This document shows positions 1 to 9,461 of a stretch of DNA of 64,000 nucleotides, in pieces. Source of the DNA: Giardia intestinalis (Eukaryota); NCBI GenBank assembly GCA_000002435.2, contig CM018789.1; one strand, given 5' to 3'. The first letter of the stretch is position 1. Each line of letters opens with the position of its first letter. Both the position numbers and the translations under genes were made by a program. A model generated the notes under the pieces. The model was not told where the DNA came from. It did no database searches and saw only the letters and a program-made list of their open reading frames with translations.

Positions 1-370
1 TGCAGAGTTCGGAAGGAGCACACACTCTGGTCGCTGAAGGGCGATGTCTTTTGGGCCGTTGAGGATTCTGGTTAGGCCTTGGAGGACAGTTATCGAAACA
101 GAGGCAGGGCTACTGGCCAGGAGCGAAAGCATTGTGAATATGTACGCCCGTGACAGGACGTACGGTACTGAGCGGTACTTTCCCGAAAAAAGGGTGGCAT
201 AATGGTAGGGTGCCCGAGGCACTGGGTTCTCGGGAGCAGGGAGGAAAGCAGCGAAAACAGATGCGTCAAGGACAATGGGAGCCCTGCAATAGCAAACGTT
301 GTAAAAGCTTTCGAGAGTCAGTGAGGTACCGCCCAGCTCGACCACCGGTAACATCGCGAGATTTAAAATT

Positions 371-2008
371 ATGAAGTGTTTTTGCAGGACACGGCTACAC
401 TATGACGCAGATAAGAATATGAGTTTACTTGTAAAGGAAATGGTGGAAGCGATGTACCAAGGCGTTAGCGTAATTTTTGCCAGCCTCGATACGTCCTATG
501 ATTCTGTTCTAATTTATATGCTTCAGAATGGCTTTACCCTATTAGATTCTCGTTTCTATACTCAGTTTCAATACATAAGTCTCGCCACATTTGCGGAAGC
601 CACACATCTGGCAGATCCCCTTATGACACTTGATACGTTCTTAGATCACGCTGTAAGGTTAGTCCCCAAGGACACCAAGGATGCACTCATGATTATAGAT
701 CACGGGTCCTTCTTGGGGGGACCTTATAGCCTGACAACTATTACAAGTCTAGCTCAACTCATAGTGCATCACTCAGAGAATCACGGTACGCATGGGAATC
801 CTACACATGTGAATCAGGCACACACTGATAAAAAGCATTCGGTGCGGCATAAGTGGCCCGACAGCCTTTCCTTTGTTCTTAGCTTTGATAGTCATGTAAT
901 GTCTTCCCAGGAGCTCATTTACCTCCTTCTTAATGTACCGTCCCTCTACATTGATAATAGGGTTATACCTCACGACCATAACAATATCTTGCGGGTTCCC
1001 AGCAATGTTGGGATTGAAAGTCTGAGTAGCATTCTGAACCCTCTGTTAGTAGTTATTCTTTCCAAACTACTCAGCAAATCTGAGTCCAATCTCAAATCAG
1101 CGTCTTTGCATGCAGACCATAGTGCGTGCTACAAGGAATTGTTAGCTCTGCACTCTCGATGCGAAGCTTTCCAATCATTCATAGAAACGTCGTTGGCAGC
1201 AAACCCTAACAGCTTAGTGCTTACTAAGGAGATAGTAGAGCTGCTTGCTAGCAGACCAGCTATGCCGGCATCCTATGATCGCCTTCTTACTGAGCACGCT
1301 AAGTCAGGTGAAGAGCACGACCATAGACTTGGGCTACAAAGCATTTCTTCTCAGGTAGACACGGTCTCCCCGGCCCTCAGCGTCAATACAGATCTTAGCT
1401 GGATGCTGAGTCCAGACTACAATGCTCATGCTAACAACAAGTCTAGACACTCGCTACCCTCTGAACAGCGGCCTACACACGATGCTCACTCCAAGCTAAC
1501 TATAGCATATCTGGAGCATGACCAGAAAGCCCAGCAGCCTACAACAGAGGAACTAGAAAAGAAGGGCCCTGAAAGAAGCCCCGATCATTTGCGTCGTTCA
1601 AGCAAGGAAAAGTCTCTCCTACTAACTACATCCGTGCCCAATATGGGGCCGTATTTAGAGCAGATCCTTCACCAGAGCGAGTCTAGCACTATAGAGCAGC
1701 CGGCAGTCATCCTCCCGGCAGTTGCAAAGCGTCTAACAAGCATTTCGTCATTGGCCTGGTCACAGTCACCGAAGGAAAACAAATCGTCAAGCAACTCACC
1801 TAACAATGATACCATCGATGCGAACGTAGAGAAGGTCCCTAACTCTACATCGACTGTGACTATACCCACACATGCACCCGTAACGCCTCCTTCCTTGGTG
1901 CAGTCTCCACCGGCGAAAGCACAGGGGCTTCGTATGGTGACAAAAGGAAAAGGTGTTAAGCTTTCCGGCTCGCAGTCAAATGAGGCGCACCGGGCAGAGA
2001 AAACATAG
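371..2008 (+). CDS. hypothetical protein (545 aa), low-complexity Ser/Thr/Pro-rich C-terminus
   Basis: ATG at 371 directly preceded by A/T-rich 'atttaaaattATG'. Long uninterrupted ORF. No recognisable domain. Confidence 0.5.
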   Translation: MKCFCRTRLHYDADKNMSLLVKEMVEAMYQGVSVIFASLDTSYDSVLIYMLQNGFTLLDSRFYTQFQYISLATFAEATHLADPLMTLDTFLDHAVRLVPKDTKDALMIIDHGSFLGGPYSLTTITSLAQLIVHHSENHGTHGNPTHVNQAHTDKKHSVRHKWPDSLSFVLSFDSHVMSSQELIYLLLNVPSLYIDNRVIPHDHNNILRVPSNVGIESLSSILNPLLVVILSKLLSKSESNLKSASLHADHSACYKELLALHSRCEAFQSFIETSLAANPNSLVLTKEIVELLASRPAMPASYDRLLTEHAKSGEEHDHRLGLQSISSQVDTVSPALSVNTDLSWMLSPDYNAHANNKSRHSLPSEQRPTHDAHSKLTIAYLEHDQKAQQPTTEELEKKGPERSPDHLRRSSKEKSLLLTTSVPNMGPYLEQILHQSESSTIEQPAVILPAVAKRLTSISSLAWSQSPKENKSSSNSPNNDTIDANVEKVPNSTSTVTIPTHAPVTPPSLVQSPPAKAQGLRMVTKGKGVKLSGSQSNEAHRAEKT

Positions 2009-2055
2009 CACAAGGTCCGGAGCTGTATGGTTTACTTCGCTGAATAAGCGGCGTC

Positions 2056-2532
2056 CTATTTCTTGAACATTCCCGAGAGCTTCCCGAAGACAGGAGCCAT
2101 CTTCTGCCCCACTGATTGCAGATTCTGAGATGACAAATCCACCTTTCCGTTCTTAATCATCATGGCAGCAACTTCCGAGTAAATCGGCTTCAGCTCGTCA
2201 CTGTTTAGTTCAGCGTATATCTTTTTGACCTTTTCGATCACTTGATTGAAATCTATCTTCCCCTTTTGCTGGGGATTGGGGCCTGTTTCCTCGTCCAGAA
2301 AGACGACATCGAGAGGGTTACCATCCAATTGGGCGCCTGTAAGGTCGGCCTTGAGAGCAGCACGGTTGGCTATGACGCGAGCAACTCCAACCCTAGGCTT
2401 GTTATCTCCCGGGGTCAATATCTCAACGTTGAGGATCTCCGTAACAGACGCCTGCTGCTGAAGAAACTCCTTGAGACGCTCCTCTGTAGCATCGGGTTTG
2501 AGATTTAAGAGCTGAAGGTCGACTGTGCTCAT
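2056..2532 (-). CDS. hypothetical protein (158 aa), possible degenerate RRM-like fold
   Basis: ATG confirmed (cat at 2530-2532); upstream 'aaaattaaATG'. Beta1-alpha1-beta2-beta3-alpha2-beta4 spacing resembles an RRM, but RNP1 is degenerate (RVGVARVI). Confidence 0.45.
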   Translation of the reverse strand: MSTVDLQLLNLKPDATEERLKEFLQQQASVTEILNVEILTPGDNKPRVGVARVIANRAALKADLTGAQLDGNPLDVVFLDEETGPNPQQKGKIDFNQVIEKVKKIYAELNSDELKPIYSEVAAMMIKNGKVDLSSQNLQSVGQKMAPVFGKLSGMFKK

Positions 2533-2603
2533 TTAATTTTGGCGGACACACGGGCGAACCGGAACATACGCAAGCGCCGAACTAGCATAGTTTACACGTG
2601 GAA

Positions 2604-2954
2604 TCACAGCCTCTGCTTGATCCACTCCTTCATTGCAACGACCTCGCGGGGTCCAGAGTACTCCTCGACAAACTTGCTGTCCTTGTAGAACTTGACCGTC
2701 GGGTAGCCCTCGATGCCCTCCGACCCGCACAGCTCGTTAGCCTTGGTGCAGTCGACCTCGGCGATGACCACACCCTCGGGAGCGTCATCAGACAGATCGA
2801 CATACTTCGGGGCGAGGGCCTTGCAGTGGCCGCACCAGGGCGCGAAGAACTTGACCATCATCGGCTTGCCCTTCGCGAGCTCGGCCTTGAAGCTCGAGGT
2901 GACGTCCAGGACGGCGCCGAAGGCAGAGGCGACGAGGAGGAGGCCGGCAATCAT
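2604..2954 (-). CDS. single-domain thioredoxin/protein disulfide isomerase-like secreted protein (CGHC active site), paralog A
   Basis: FFAPWCGHCKALAP thioredoxin motif. N-terminal signal peptide MIAGLLLVASAFGAV. The ORF-track start at 3008 is GTG; the first ATG is at 2954, preceded by 'caaattaaaaATG'. Ends ...KQRL. Confidence 0.8.
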   Translation of the reverse strand: MIAGLLLVASAFGAVLDVTSSFKAELAKGKPMMVKFFAPWCGHCKALAPKYVDLSDDAPEGVVIAEVDCTKANELCGSEGIEGYPTVKFYKDSKFVEEYSGPREVVAMKEWIKQRL

Positions 2955-3007
2955 TTTTAATTTGCGGGGCGTTTTTTGAATGGCACCATATGACGTGTTG
3001 AGATGCA
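2809..3007. repeat. 199-bp segment 100% identical (inverted) to 32090..32288; covers 5' flank plus the N-terminal 48 codons of the PDI-like gene
   Basis: I reverse-complemented 2761..3007 by hand and compared it with 32089..32300. It matches exactly up to ...ggccctcgcccc, then identity drops to about 65-70%. Confidence 0.85.
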
Positions 3008-3109
3008 CTAGGCAATGCTAATAAAAAATACCAGATAACGTAAACCCTGCGCTTGTACTACCCTCGCAATAGTTTGATAAAATTAGTAGGATTGACTCGG
3101 AAAATTAAT

Positions 3110-3913
3110 ATGACACCGAATTGTAGCGACCCAACTTTACGCTACACAATCAAGGATGATACTATAATTGAAGAAACCCTTAGGGAGTGCAGCGACTTTA
3201 AGACTGCCGAGTATGTTCAAACTAAGAGCATATCACTTGACAAGATTCTACCAAGAGAAAAGTGGCTGTGGACGGACGAACGTTCCCATGTCAGTGCATC
3301 AATTGCTAGGATCGGACAATTGTTGGTGATATTTGGCATGCACTGTACAGGGGGCCAGAGCTGCTGTGGACAGGAAGATACTAATGTGACCATAATATTC
3401 AACATGGTTGACAATACTAGTCGTGTAACCATATCGGCCGAGGTGCCCCCAAGAGTTGGACAGACAGTTACGCGCATAGGAGATCTCCTTGTCCTGCACG
3501 GCGGAGAACATTGTTCTTGCCATCGAGCAAAGTTCCCCGAAAACATCTGCCAATACGAGGTGCCACTTGTAGACAAATATAATGACACATATACGCTGGA
3601 TGTAGATGAGTGTAGGTGGAAGAAATTGACAACGCACAATCCTCCACCTCCTTCATCTGGCCATGAAGCACGAGAGCTGGGCACATCTCAGCTCCTTATC
3701 TGGGGAGCTGATCTGTCTACTCCATACGTCCTTGACCTTGTATCTCTGGAGTGGAGCCCCAAGCCGATGATGTCTCAAGCCTTCAAAAGCTCGATAAGAA
3801 GCATCCAGTCCACTGATTACCTACATAAAGATTCGCTGGACGAGTACAAAAACGAAGGCCTGAGATACAGAGAACAGATGCAAACTAAGAGACGCCAACG
3901 CAAGCTCATATAA
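3110..3913 (+). CDS. hypothetical protein, possible kelch-repeat (beta-propeller) protein
   Basis: The ORF-track start at 3053 is TTG; the first ATG is at 3110 ('aaaattaatATG'). Repeated hhhhGG...W-like blades (LLVIFGMHCTGG, LLVLHGGEH, LLIWGADL). Confidence 0.4.
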   Translation: MTPNCSDPTLRYTIKDDTIIEETLRECSDFKTAEYVQTKSISLDKILPREKWLWTDERSHVSASIARIGQLLVIFGMHCTGGQSCCGQEDTNVTIIFNMVDNTSRVTISAEVPPRVGQTVTRIGDLLVLHGGEHCSCHRAKFPENICQYEVPLVDKYNDTYTLDVDECRWKKLTTHNPPPPSSGHEARELGTSQLLIWGADLSTPYVLDLVSLEWSPKPMMSQAFKSSIRSIQSTDYLHKDSLDEYKNEGLRYREQMQTKRRQRKLI

Positions 3914-5699
3914 ATGAAAGCTCTGCTTGATTGACTACTGCCAAGGAAGAGCCGTAAGTATCCATCATATCCGCACGACCCAACTGATCTTCCAACTCGA
4001 CCAGTGCATGAGGGAAAATGCTGTACTGCACAATGCGGCCACTAACCGTTAAGACTATTACCTTGCTGTCGTGAAGGATGGCCGACACTATGGCCTCTCC
4101 ACAATCAGCTTTGCCATGCCACCTATAGTACGGGGAGAAGATAGGCGAGGTCTCATCATCCAGAGCAAGAAGAGGTAGTCCAGTAACTAGATCCTTCGGT
4201 TTTATTATCCATCCAGCCAATTGACCACCTAAGCTGCACGCAATCACAATCTCCTCATCTAGAGCAGTCACAGAAGGTATATAGCCGTGAACCAAAGAGA
4301 TAACGGGCGCCTCGAATACCAAGCAGCGACTCGGCGCAATACTGGCTAAGTGCCTAACAATCTCAGACAGCCCCTGAACAGGGACGGTAGCAGAGCCTCC
4401 TGCAGCCAACCGAACAATTATGGTTCCTGCCATATGCCCTGTAATGCACAAGGGAGAGGCATCTGCGAACTCGCACGCAGCAGACGTGGCAGACGAAAAC
4501 ACCGTCTGCTTCTCGTTGGACACGCAAAGCTTGGCTGGCATCTCGATTATAATGGCTGGCTCCAAAAGGGCTCTCTGATTGTATATTCTTTGATCCCTTT
4601 TCGAGAGAACAAAGTCCAGTGTGATGGTCATCGTTGCAACACAGTTAGATTCGTAGAGCACGATCAGGGTCATTTGCTTCGTCCTTACAGAGGTACTTTT
4701 TGCAGTAACATCCAGTATTATGAGGCCCCGCACCGGAGAAAAATATGAGCGCGATAAAGAAGTTGTTATAAGGGCAGTATGAGATGTCGATATGTGCGAA
4801 TAAGTAATCTTGACAAGGTCAGGGTTTAATAGTGTTGAGAAGTTGCCTCCAGGTTGCATTATGTGGTGGTTGATTGTATACACAGTGACCTCACCAGTTG
4901 CAAATCCTAGCACGATAAAATCTTGATAAGTCTTTATAATTGTTGGCACGTCTGCCAAATTAAATAGACAAACGGCTTCGATAGATGGGTAGCCAGGTAC
5001 GGTTACAGTGTTCAGAAAATGGGTCTTGGAAAGCTCTCTATAGCTTTGTGCATTGGAAGAAGGAGAACACAGCACAATCATTATAACAACATTGTGCACT
5101 TGATAAAGACAGATGAAAAAGTCTAAGTTCAAAAGGGTAACGATCTTGAATGCAATAGGGAACAAGGTTATATCAACGTGTTTGTGAGCTTGAGATAGGA
5201 TGAGGTCGTGCAAATTTATGGGTCCTTGAGTTACCAAGTTGGATTCCGATGATGCGTCTGCCGTGTCGTCTAGAAGGAGATCGAGGATCGCTTCTGCCTG
5301 CATAGAATTAGTAATCATTTCTACCAACACAGAAGCCAAGCGGTGTCCATCATTGGCTAATCTGGCCAAGCGCGCCTTATCCTGCAGAAGTTCATAAACA
5401 AGCTGGCGTTCGCTATCATTAATTGGTTGCTCTTGGGTCGCAGACAGCGCAGGTGGAGAGGAGTTCGCACCAGCTGGAGCTATGTCCAGGGTACAACTTG
5501 TTTCTGACAGCTGTATGTGGCGGTGGGGCGCTCTTTCTCTTGTGCTCTCACCGACAGCATCTATTGGGCTAGCTGTGAGCTTTGCTTCGTGGATGTTTGC
5601 CAACATTGCAGTAATACGCTCTGCTATATCTACATTTGCGCGGAGAGCAGACTGCGAGTCAGCAATCAACTCGGCTACATTATCGGCATCATGTTTCAT
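3906..5699 (-). CDS. hypothetical protein (~597 aa)
   Basis: The ORF-track start at 5723 is GTG; the first ATG (cat at 5697-5699) is preceded by 'gaaattttaATG'. Long ORF. Its 3' end overlaps the convergent 3110..3913 gene by 8 bp. Confidence 0.5.
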   Translation of the reverse strand: MKHDADNVAELIADSQSALRANVDIAERITAMLANIHEAKLTASPIDAVGESTRERAPHRHIQLSETSCTLDIAPAGANSSPPALSATQEQPINDSERQLVYELLQDKARLARLANDGHRLASVLVEMITNSMQAEAILDLLLDDTADASSESNLVTQGPINLHDLILSQAHKHVDITLFPIAFKIVTLLNLDFFICLYQVHNVVIMIVLCSPSSNAQSYRELSKTHFLNTVTVPGYPSIEAVCLFNLADVPTIIKTYQDFIVLGFATGEVTVYTINHHIMQPGGNFSTLLNPDLVKITYSHISTSHTALITTSLSRSYFSPVRGLIILDVTAKSTSVRTKQMTLIVLYESNCVATMTITLDFVLSKRDQRIYNQRALLEPAIIIEMPAKLCVSNEKQTVFSSATSAACEFADASPLCITGHMAGTIIVRLAAGGSATVPVQGLSEIVRHLASIAPSRCLVFEAPVISLVHGYIPSVTALDEEIVIACSLGGQLAGWIIKPKDLVTGLPLLALDDETSPIFSPYYRWHGKADCGEAIVSAILHDSKVIVLTVSGRIVQYSIFPHALVELEDQLGRADMMDTYGSSLAVVNQAELSFI

Positions 5700-5800
5700 T
5701 AAAATTTCGCCGAGGGGCTCCACGTGTACGATCGGCCACGCCCCAGCCTGTGGGACTTGTTGTAGACGTATACTGCGTACGGAACTCCTGTAAGGGTTTA

Positions 5801-5806
5801 CTACAG
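5801..5806 (+). promoter_or_regulatory. CTACAG box (Myb2-type C(T/A)ACAG encystation element) about 40 bp upstream of the GlcN6P deaminase ATG
   Basis: The exact hexamer 'ctacag' lies in 'gtttactacagcagtagcag'. Known Giardia encystation genes carry this Myb2 site in their short promoters. A single 6-mer is weak evidence by itself. Confidence 0.3.
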
Positions 5807-5845
5807 CAGTAGCAGTATATATGTAACTGCCTCGCCAAAATAAAA

Positions 5846-6646
5846 ATGCCGTCCATCCACGTCTCCAAATGCGCTGATCCAGCCATAAAGCTTGCCCACC
5901 GTATCGCGGAAGTTGTCCGCAGCAAGCCGAATTGCGTTCTGGGCCTGGCGACCGGATCGACCCCCATCCCCGTCTACCAGGAGCTTGCCCGTCTCCACCG
6001 CGAGGAAGGCCTAGACTTCTCGCAGGTCAGGACTTTCAACCTGGACGAGTATGCAGGGCTCCCTCCCACGCACGACCAGAGCTACCGCTTCTTCATGGAG
6101 GAGCACCTCTTCAGCAAGGTCAATATAAAGCCGGAGAATGTACACTTCCTCAATGGAATGGCTTCGGACTACGAAAAGGAGTGCGAGCGCTATGAGCAGG
6201 AGCTCAAGGCGATTGGCCCCTGCGATGTCTGGCTTCTGGGGATCGGGCACAACGGTCACATCGCCTTCAACGAGCCGGGGTCCCCGAGAGACAGCAGGAC
6301 GCGCGTCGTCTGCCTGACCCAGAGCACGATCGACGCCAACGCGCGCTTCTTCGGAAACGACAAGTCGAAGGTCCCGACCAAGGCCCTCTCTGTGGGGATA
6401 GCAACCATCATGGAGAGCCGCGAGATCCTCCTTCTCGCCACCGGTGAGAGCAAGCGCGAGGCTGTTACTAAGAGTGTTAAAGGAAAGTGCGAGACCCATT
6501 GCCCGGCCTCCTTCCTCCATGAACATCCTCACTGTCGTTTCTATGTCGACATGGATGCAGGCAAGGAGGTGGATAACACTTGTTGCCAAGCTACAAACCA
6601 AGCAAGCTGCTGCGGCTCCACTTCCTGTCACGCTGCAAAAGCTTAA
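5846..6646 (+). CDS. glucosamine-6-phosphate deaminase/isomerase (NagB family)
   Basis: Full-length NagB-like sequence (LGLATGSTP, NLDEY, GIGHNGHIAFNEPGS, FFGND). ATG at 5846 preceded by 'ccaaaataaaaATG'. Unusual Cys-rich C-terminal tail (CCQATNQASCCGSTSCH). Confidence 0.9.
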   Translation: MPSIHVSKCADPAIKLAHRIAEVVRSKPNCVLGLATGSTPIPVYQELARLHREEGLDFSQVRTFNLDEYAGLPPTHDQSYRFFMEEHLFSKVNIKPENVHFLNGMASDYEKECERYEQELKAIGPCDVWLLGIGHNGHIAFNEPGSPRDSRTRVVCLTQSTIDANARFFGNDKSKVPTKALSVGIATIMESREILLLATGESKREAVTKSVKGKCETHCPASFLHEHPHCRFYVDMDAGKEVDNTCCQATNQASCCGSTSCHAAKA

Positions 6647-6898
6647 ACACGTGAATGGATGCCAATAAGTGAATATCTGTCCATGTCATCTTCAAACCAA
6701 GCAAGCGTGGAACTCTGCAGCTTCCTGGCCACAGCAAGGATATCCGCTCATAGATTCTGAATGATGGTAACAGCACCGAGCCAATTCGGCGCAACTAGAT
6801 AGACAGAGGTGAATTTCGCTGTGAATTTCACATTGCAATTATTTGCACCTGTATTTAAATTTGAATCTCAACAACTAAGCAAGACAAGAGATTGAGCT

Positions 6899-8923
6899 AT
6901 GTCCAGCAGTTCGTCTGTCCATTTTGAAGAAAGCAGCGACGACGGAAGGTTTATTCGAGTACACCCCCTCCTTCAGGCAGATGAGAATGAGCCAGAGAAA
7001 GTGACGCTTACTGGGTTTCTGGATGACCTCAAAGACGCACTTGCCGACCAAGACATGCTAGCTCTTATGGCCGTGGAGAGGGACAACATATCAACGAAGA
7101 GCGCAAACGTTCACGTTAAAGGAGTCACATCCTTCGAGCAGGCAGCAGCAGACCGAGTCCTTGTCCAACGGCAAGTATTCAACGACGTCTTGAAGTGGAA
7201 ACCTCTTTCAGCAGCGCAAACACGTGCAGATGTTGTCCTTAACTTTGCAGAGGACGGCATATCGGTACAGCCATCTTTTGAGCCAATCAAGCAACCAAAG
7301 CGCAAGGACTACGAAAAGAAACTCAGCAAGGATAGTAGCAACATAGCCAAAGAGCTCTGTGGAGATAGCGTTGATGCCACCCTCAAATTGGCTGGCCTTG
7401 TGCCTCTTGACGAGAGTGATAGTGAGAACATAAAGTCGAAATTAGCCCAAGAACAAGATTCCCTGGATATAATGACCCAGCAACAAGAGGCCCACCGATC
7501 CACTGCAGAGATTGCTCGTCTTCGGTCGCTGCTCTACTACAATGAACAAAAGTTAAAGGCCTGGGCGAAGATTAAGTCCAAGAAGTTTCGTAAAGTGCAC
7601 AACAGAGATAAACGATTAGCGCGACTTGAAAAGCGGCAGGAAGAGTGGAAGGAAAAGCATCGCTCAGCGGTGATGGAGCAGGCAGAGGACTTTCTAGATT
7701 CGCAATACAAGCTCACAAATGCTTCACTTGACACTTTCCAGCAGCAGACACGCAGAAATACTAAGGCAGACGATGAGTTTGAGACCCATAAGGTAGACGT
7801 CGACGATGTGCCCGAGTACGGCGAGGCCCCCATCGATAGAAATGCAAAGGGTGTAATGAGACTTGCATTCATGACCAGGGCGCTACAGGAACAAAGGGAT
7901 GCACGAGATGCTATTGCCAATGTCAGAGACAGTGATTGGGATAGCGCTGGTGACTCTGACGAAGATGGTGGTGTCGTCAAATCTGAATCACAACCCCGGA
8001 TTCCACGCCCTAATACAACTGAAAATCAGGTCCTGAAGGCCCATATTGATATGAAGGAAGATGACCAGCAACTGGAGCCAGAGCTTGTTGGCGAAAGAGA
8101 TATTATTCGCAAAGCTCAGCTAGCCAAGGTAAAGGAAGCAAAGACCAAGGGAAAGATAATCATTAAGGGGTGTAACGTAGCAAATAGATCGGCTACTGTC
8201 ATTGACAACCCGTTTCTTAAGCGTTTCAGCTCATCAATTTCAGCCTCCTTGGCGACATCAAACGAAATACATATCAGCGACCTGCCAGCCATAGCTAATG
8301 AGAACGTCCTGCCAAATGTCCCTCGTCCAGGTAATGTTGCGGCCTCTGCACTCACAGCAGATGTAGACCCAGAGCTGGAGTTTGCAGCTCAGAAATACAG
8401 CCTTGCCCTCCAGGAATCCCAGCCGGTTGCTCCAGAAAAGGAGCTGATGGGATGGGGAACCTGGTTTGGAGAAGGCATGTCTACCTACGACAAGGAAAAG
8501 CTTACGTTTAGACAGGAAGCGCGGCGCGCAGCTGTCACTGCAGAACTAAATAGAAGGATGGGCAGACGGAGAGACATTAGGGTTGCGAATGTCTCTATTA
8601 GCGAGGCGTCCAACCCTGCCATTGTAGAGCTATATGCCGCACACGGGATCCAAGGGATAACTGACGATGAATACGCAACATACCTATCAACCGCCGTAGG
8701 CCCAGAGTGGCAATCGATGACAGGATATCGCGGAAGCATACAAGCAGGGCGCCGGGTGGAGAAGGGACGCATGATTTTGCCCGCACAGCTTCCACAAGAC
8801 TACCAAAAGAAGATGGACGCGAGCCTAGAGAAGGAGCAAAAGTTACGGAAGCAGCTGGAGGCACAAATGCAGCTAATTCACAAAACAAAGCTAACCCAGC
8901 AGAGACGCAGCCTCAAACTATAA
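6899..8923 (+). CDS. U3 snoRNP protein Utp14-like (nucleolar, highly charged)
   Basis: AWAKIKSKKFRKVHNRDKRLARLEKR basic motif and C-terminal ELMGWGTWFGEGMS (the GWGSW-type Utp14 C-terminal signature). Acidic/basic low-complexity body. Confidence 0.55.
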   Translation: MSSSSSVHFEESSDDGRFIRVHPLLQADENEPEKVTLTGFLDDLKDALADQDMLALMAVERDNISTKSANVHVKGVTSFEQAAADRVLVQRQVFNDVLKWKPLSAAQTRADVVLNFAEDGISVQPSFEPIKQPKRKDYEKKLSKDSSNIAKELCGDSVDATLKLAGLVPLDESDSENIKSKLAQEQDSLDIMTQQQEAHRSTAEIARLRSLLYYNEQKLKAWAKIKSKKFRKVHNRDKRLARLEKRQEEWKEKHRSAVMEQAEDFLDSQYKLTNASLDTFQQQTRRNTKADDEFETHKVDVDDVPEYGEAPIDRNAKGVMRLAFMTRALQEQRDARDAIANVRDSDWDSAGDSDEDGGVVKSESQPRIPRPNTTENQVLKAHIDMKEDDQQLEPELVGERDIIRKAQLAKVKEAKTKGKIIIKGCNVANRSATVIDNPFLKRFSSSISASLATSNEIHISDLPAIANENVLPNVPRPGNVAASALTADVDPELEFAAQKYSLALQESQPVAPEKELMGWGTWFGEGMSTYDKEKLTFRQEARRAAVTAELNRRMGRRRDIRVANVSISEASNPAIVELYAAHGIQGITDDEYATYLSTAVGPEWQSMTGYRGSIQAGRRVEKGRMILPAQLPQDYQKKMDASLEKEQKLRKQLEAQMQLIHKTKLTQQRRSLKL

Positions 8924-8991
8924 CTGTTGCTATTGACCAGGACTCAGCAGCTTACGACTCATCTGCCAGTTCAGGTAGCCATAAGTAAATC

Positions 8992-9183
8992 TCAAAAAGT
9001 GAACGCTGGGCTGGTCATCAGAGAGGATCCCGGGAACCTGGACAAAAAGCGTACCCGCTGCTCCGAATACTTGTCATCGGGACTAAATTTTGCAGGATGT
9101 GCGGTGCGAGTCACGACCCCACAGTGCGGACAAGCCTCTTCGAGCGTGTATGCGTCGCATGAGGGACACTTACAAAGAATCAT
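8992..9183 (-). CDS. NOP10: H/ACA snoRNP subunit Nop10
   Basis: 63 aa. TRTAHPAKFSPDDKYSEQRV matches the conserved Nop10 core (SAHPARFSPDDKYSRQR). ATG confirmed. Confidence 0.85.
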   Translation of the reverse strand: MILCKCPSCDAYTLEEACPHCGVVTRTAHPAKFSPDDKYSEQRVRFLSRFPGSSLMTSPAFTF

Positions 9184-9191
9184 TTTTATAA

Positions 9192-9461
9192 ATGGAAGAC
9201 ATAGAAAAGCCGTCTATCACGATTAAAAACTGGTACGCCGTGGTGGAGTGGTCCTATAACATCGACGAGGCCAATTGCAGCATATGCAAAAGCCCCCTCT
9301 CCGAGCTATGCCCCGAATGTGCCGACCTCCTCACTCCTGTTTGCAGATCCGTGCGAGGGAGGTGTGGGCACGAGTATCACACGCACTGTATTCAGCAGTG
9401 GGTCGACAGTAACAAGACATGTCCATTATGCATGGCCGATTGGGTTGTTTCGGAGTGCTGA
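9192..9461 (+). CDS. RING-H2 RING-box protein (Rbx1/Hrt1 or APC11 family)
   Basis: WYAVVEWSYNIDEANCSICKSPL...CPEC...RGRCGHEYHTHCIQQWV...CPLC is the RING-box arrangement with the extra Zn-binding insert. ATG at 9192 is only 8 bp from the divergent Nop10 ATG. Confidence 0.75.
   Translation: MEDIEKPSITIKNWYAVVEWSYNIDEANCSICKSPLSELCPECADLLTPVCRSVRGRCGHEYHTHCIQQWVDSNKTCPLCMADWVVSEC

Noticed and set aside
150..240. Possible tRNA-like sequence (GGTGGCATAATGGTAGGG...GGGTTCTCGGG)
   Set aside because: The T-loop does not fit the TTCRA consensus and no 7-bp acceptor stem pairs, so this is not a tRNA.
3008..3008. Many ORF-track starts (e.g. 3008, 3053, 5723, 9859, 10455, 39277, 53420, 53823, 60057, 63902)
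   Set aside because: On inspection these are TTG/GTG/CTG codons rendered as M by the ORF caller. The starts were moved to the first in-frame ATG.
6011..6631. 206-aa minus-strand ORF antisense to GlcN6P deaminase
   Set aside because: It is fully contained within a gene with an unambiguous enzyme homologue, and it has no homology itself. This is a typical GC-skew antisense ORF.
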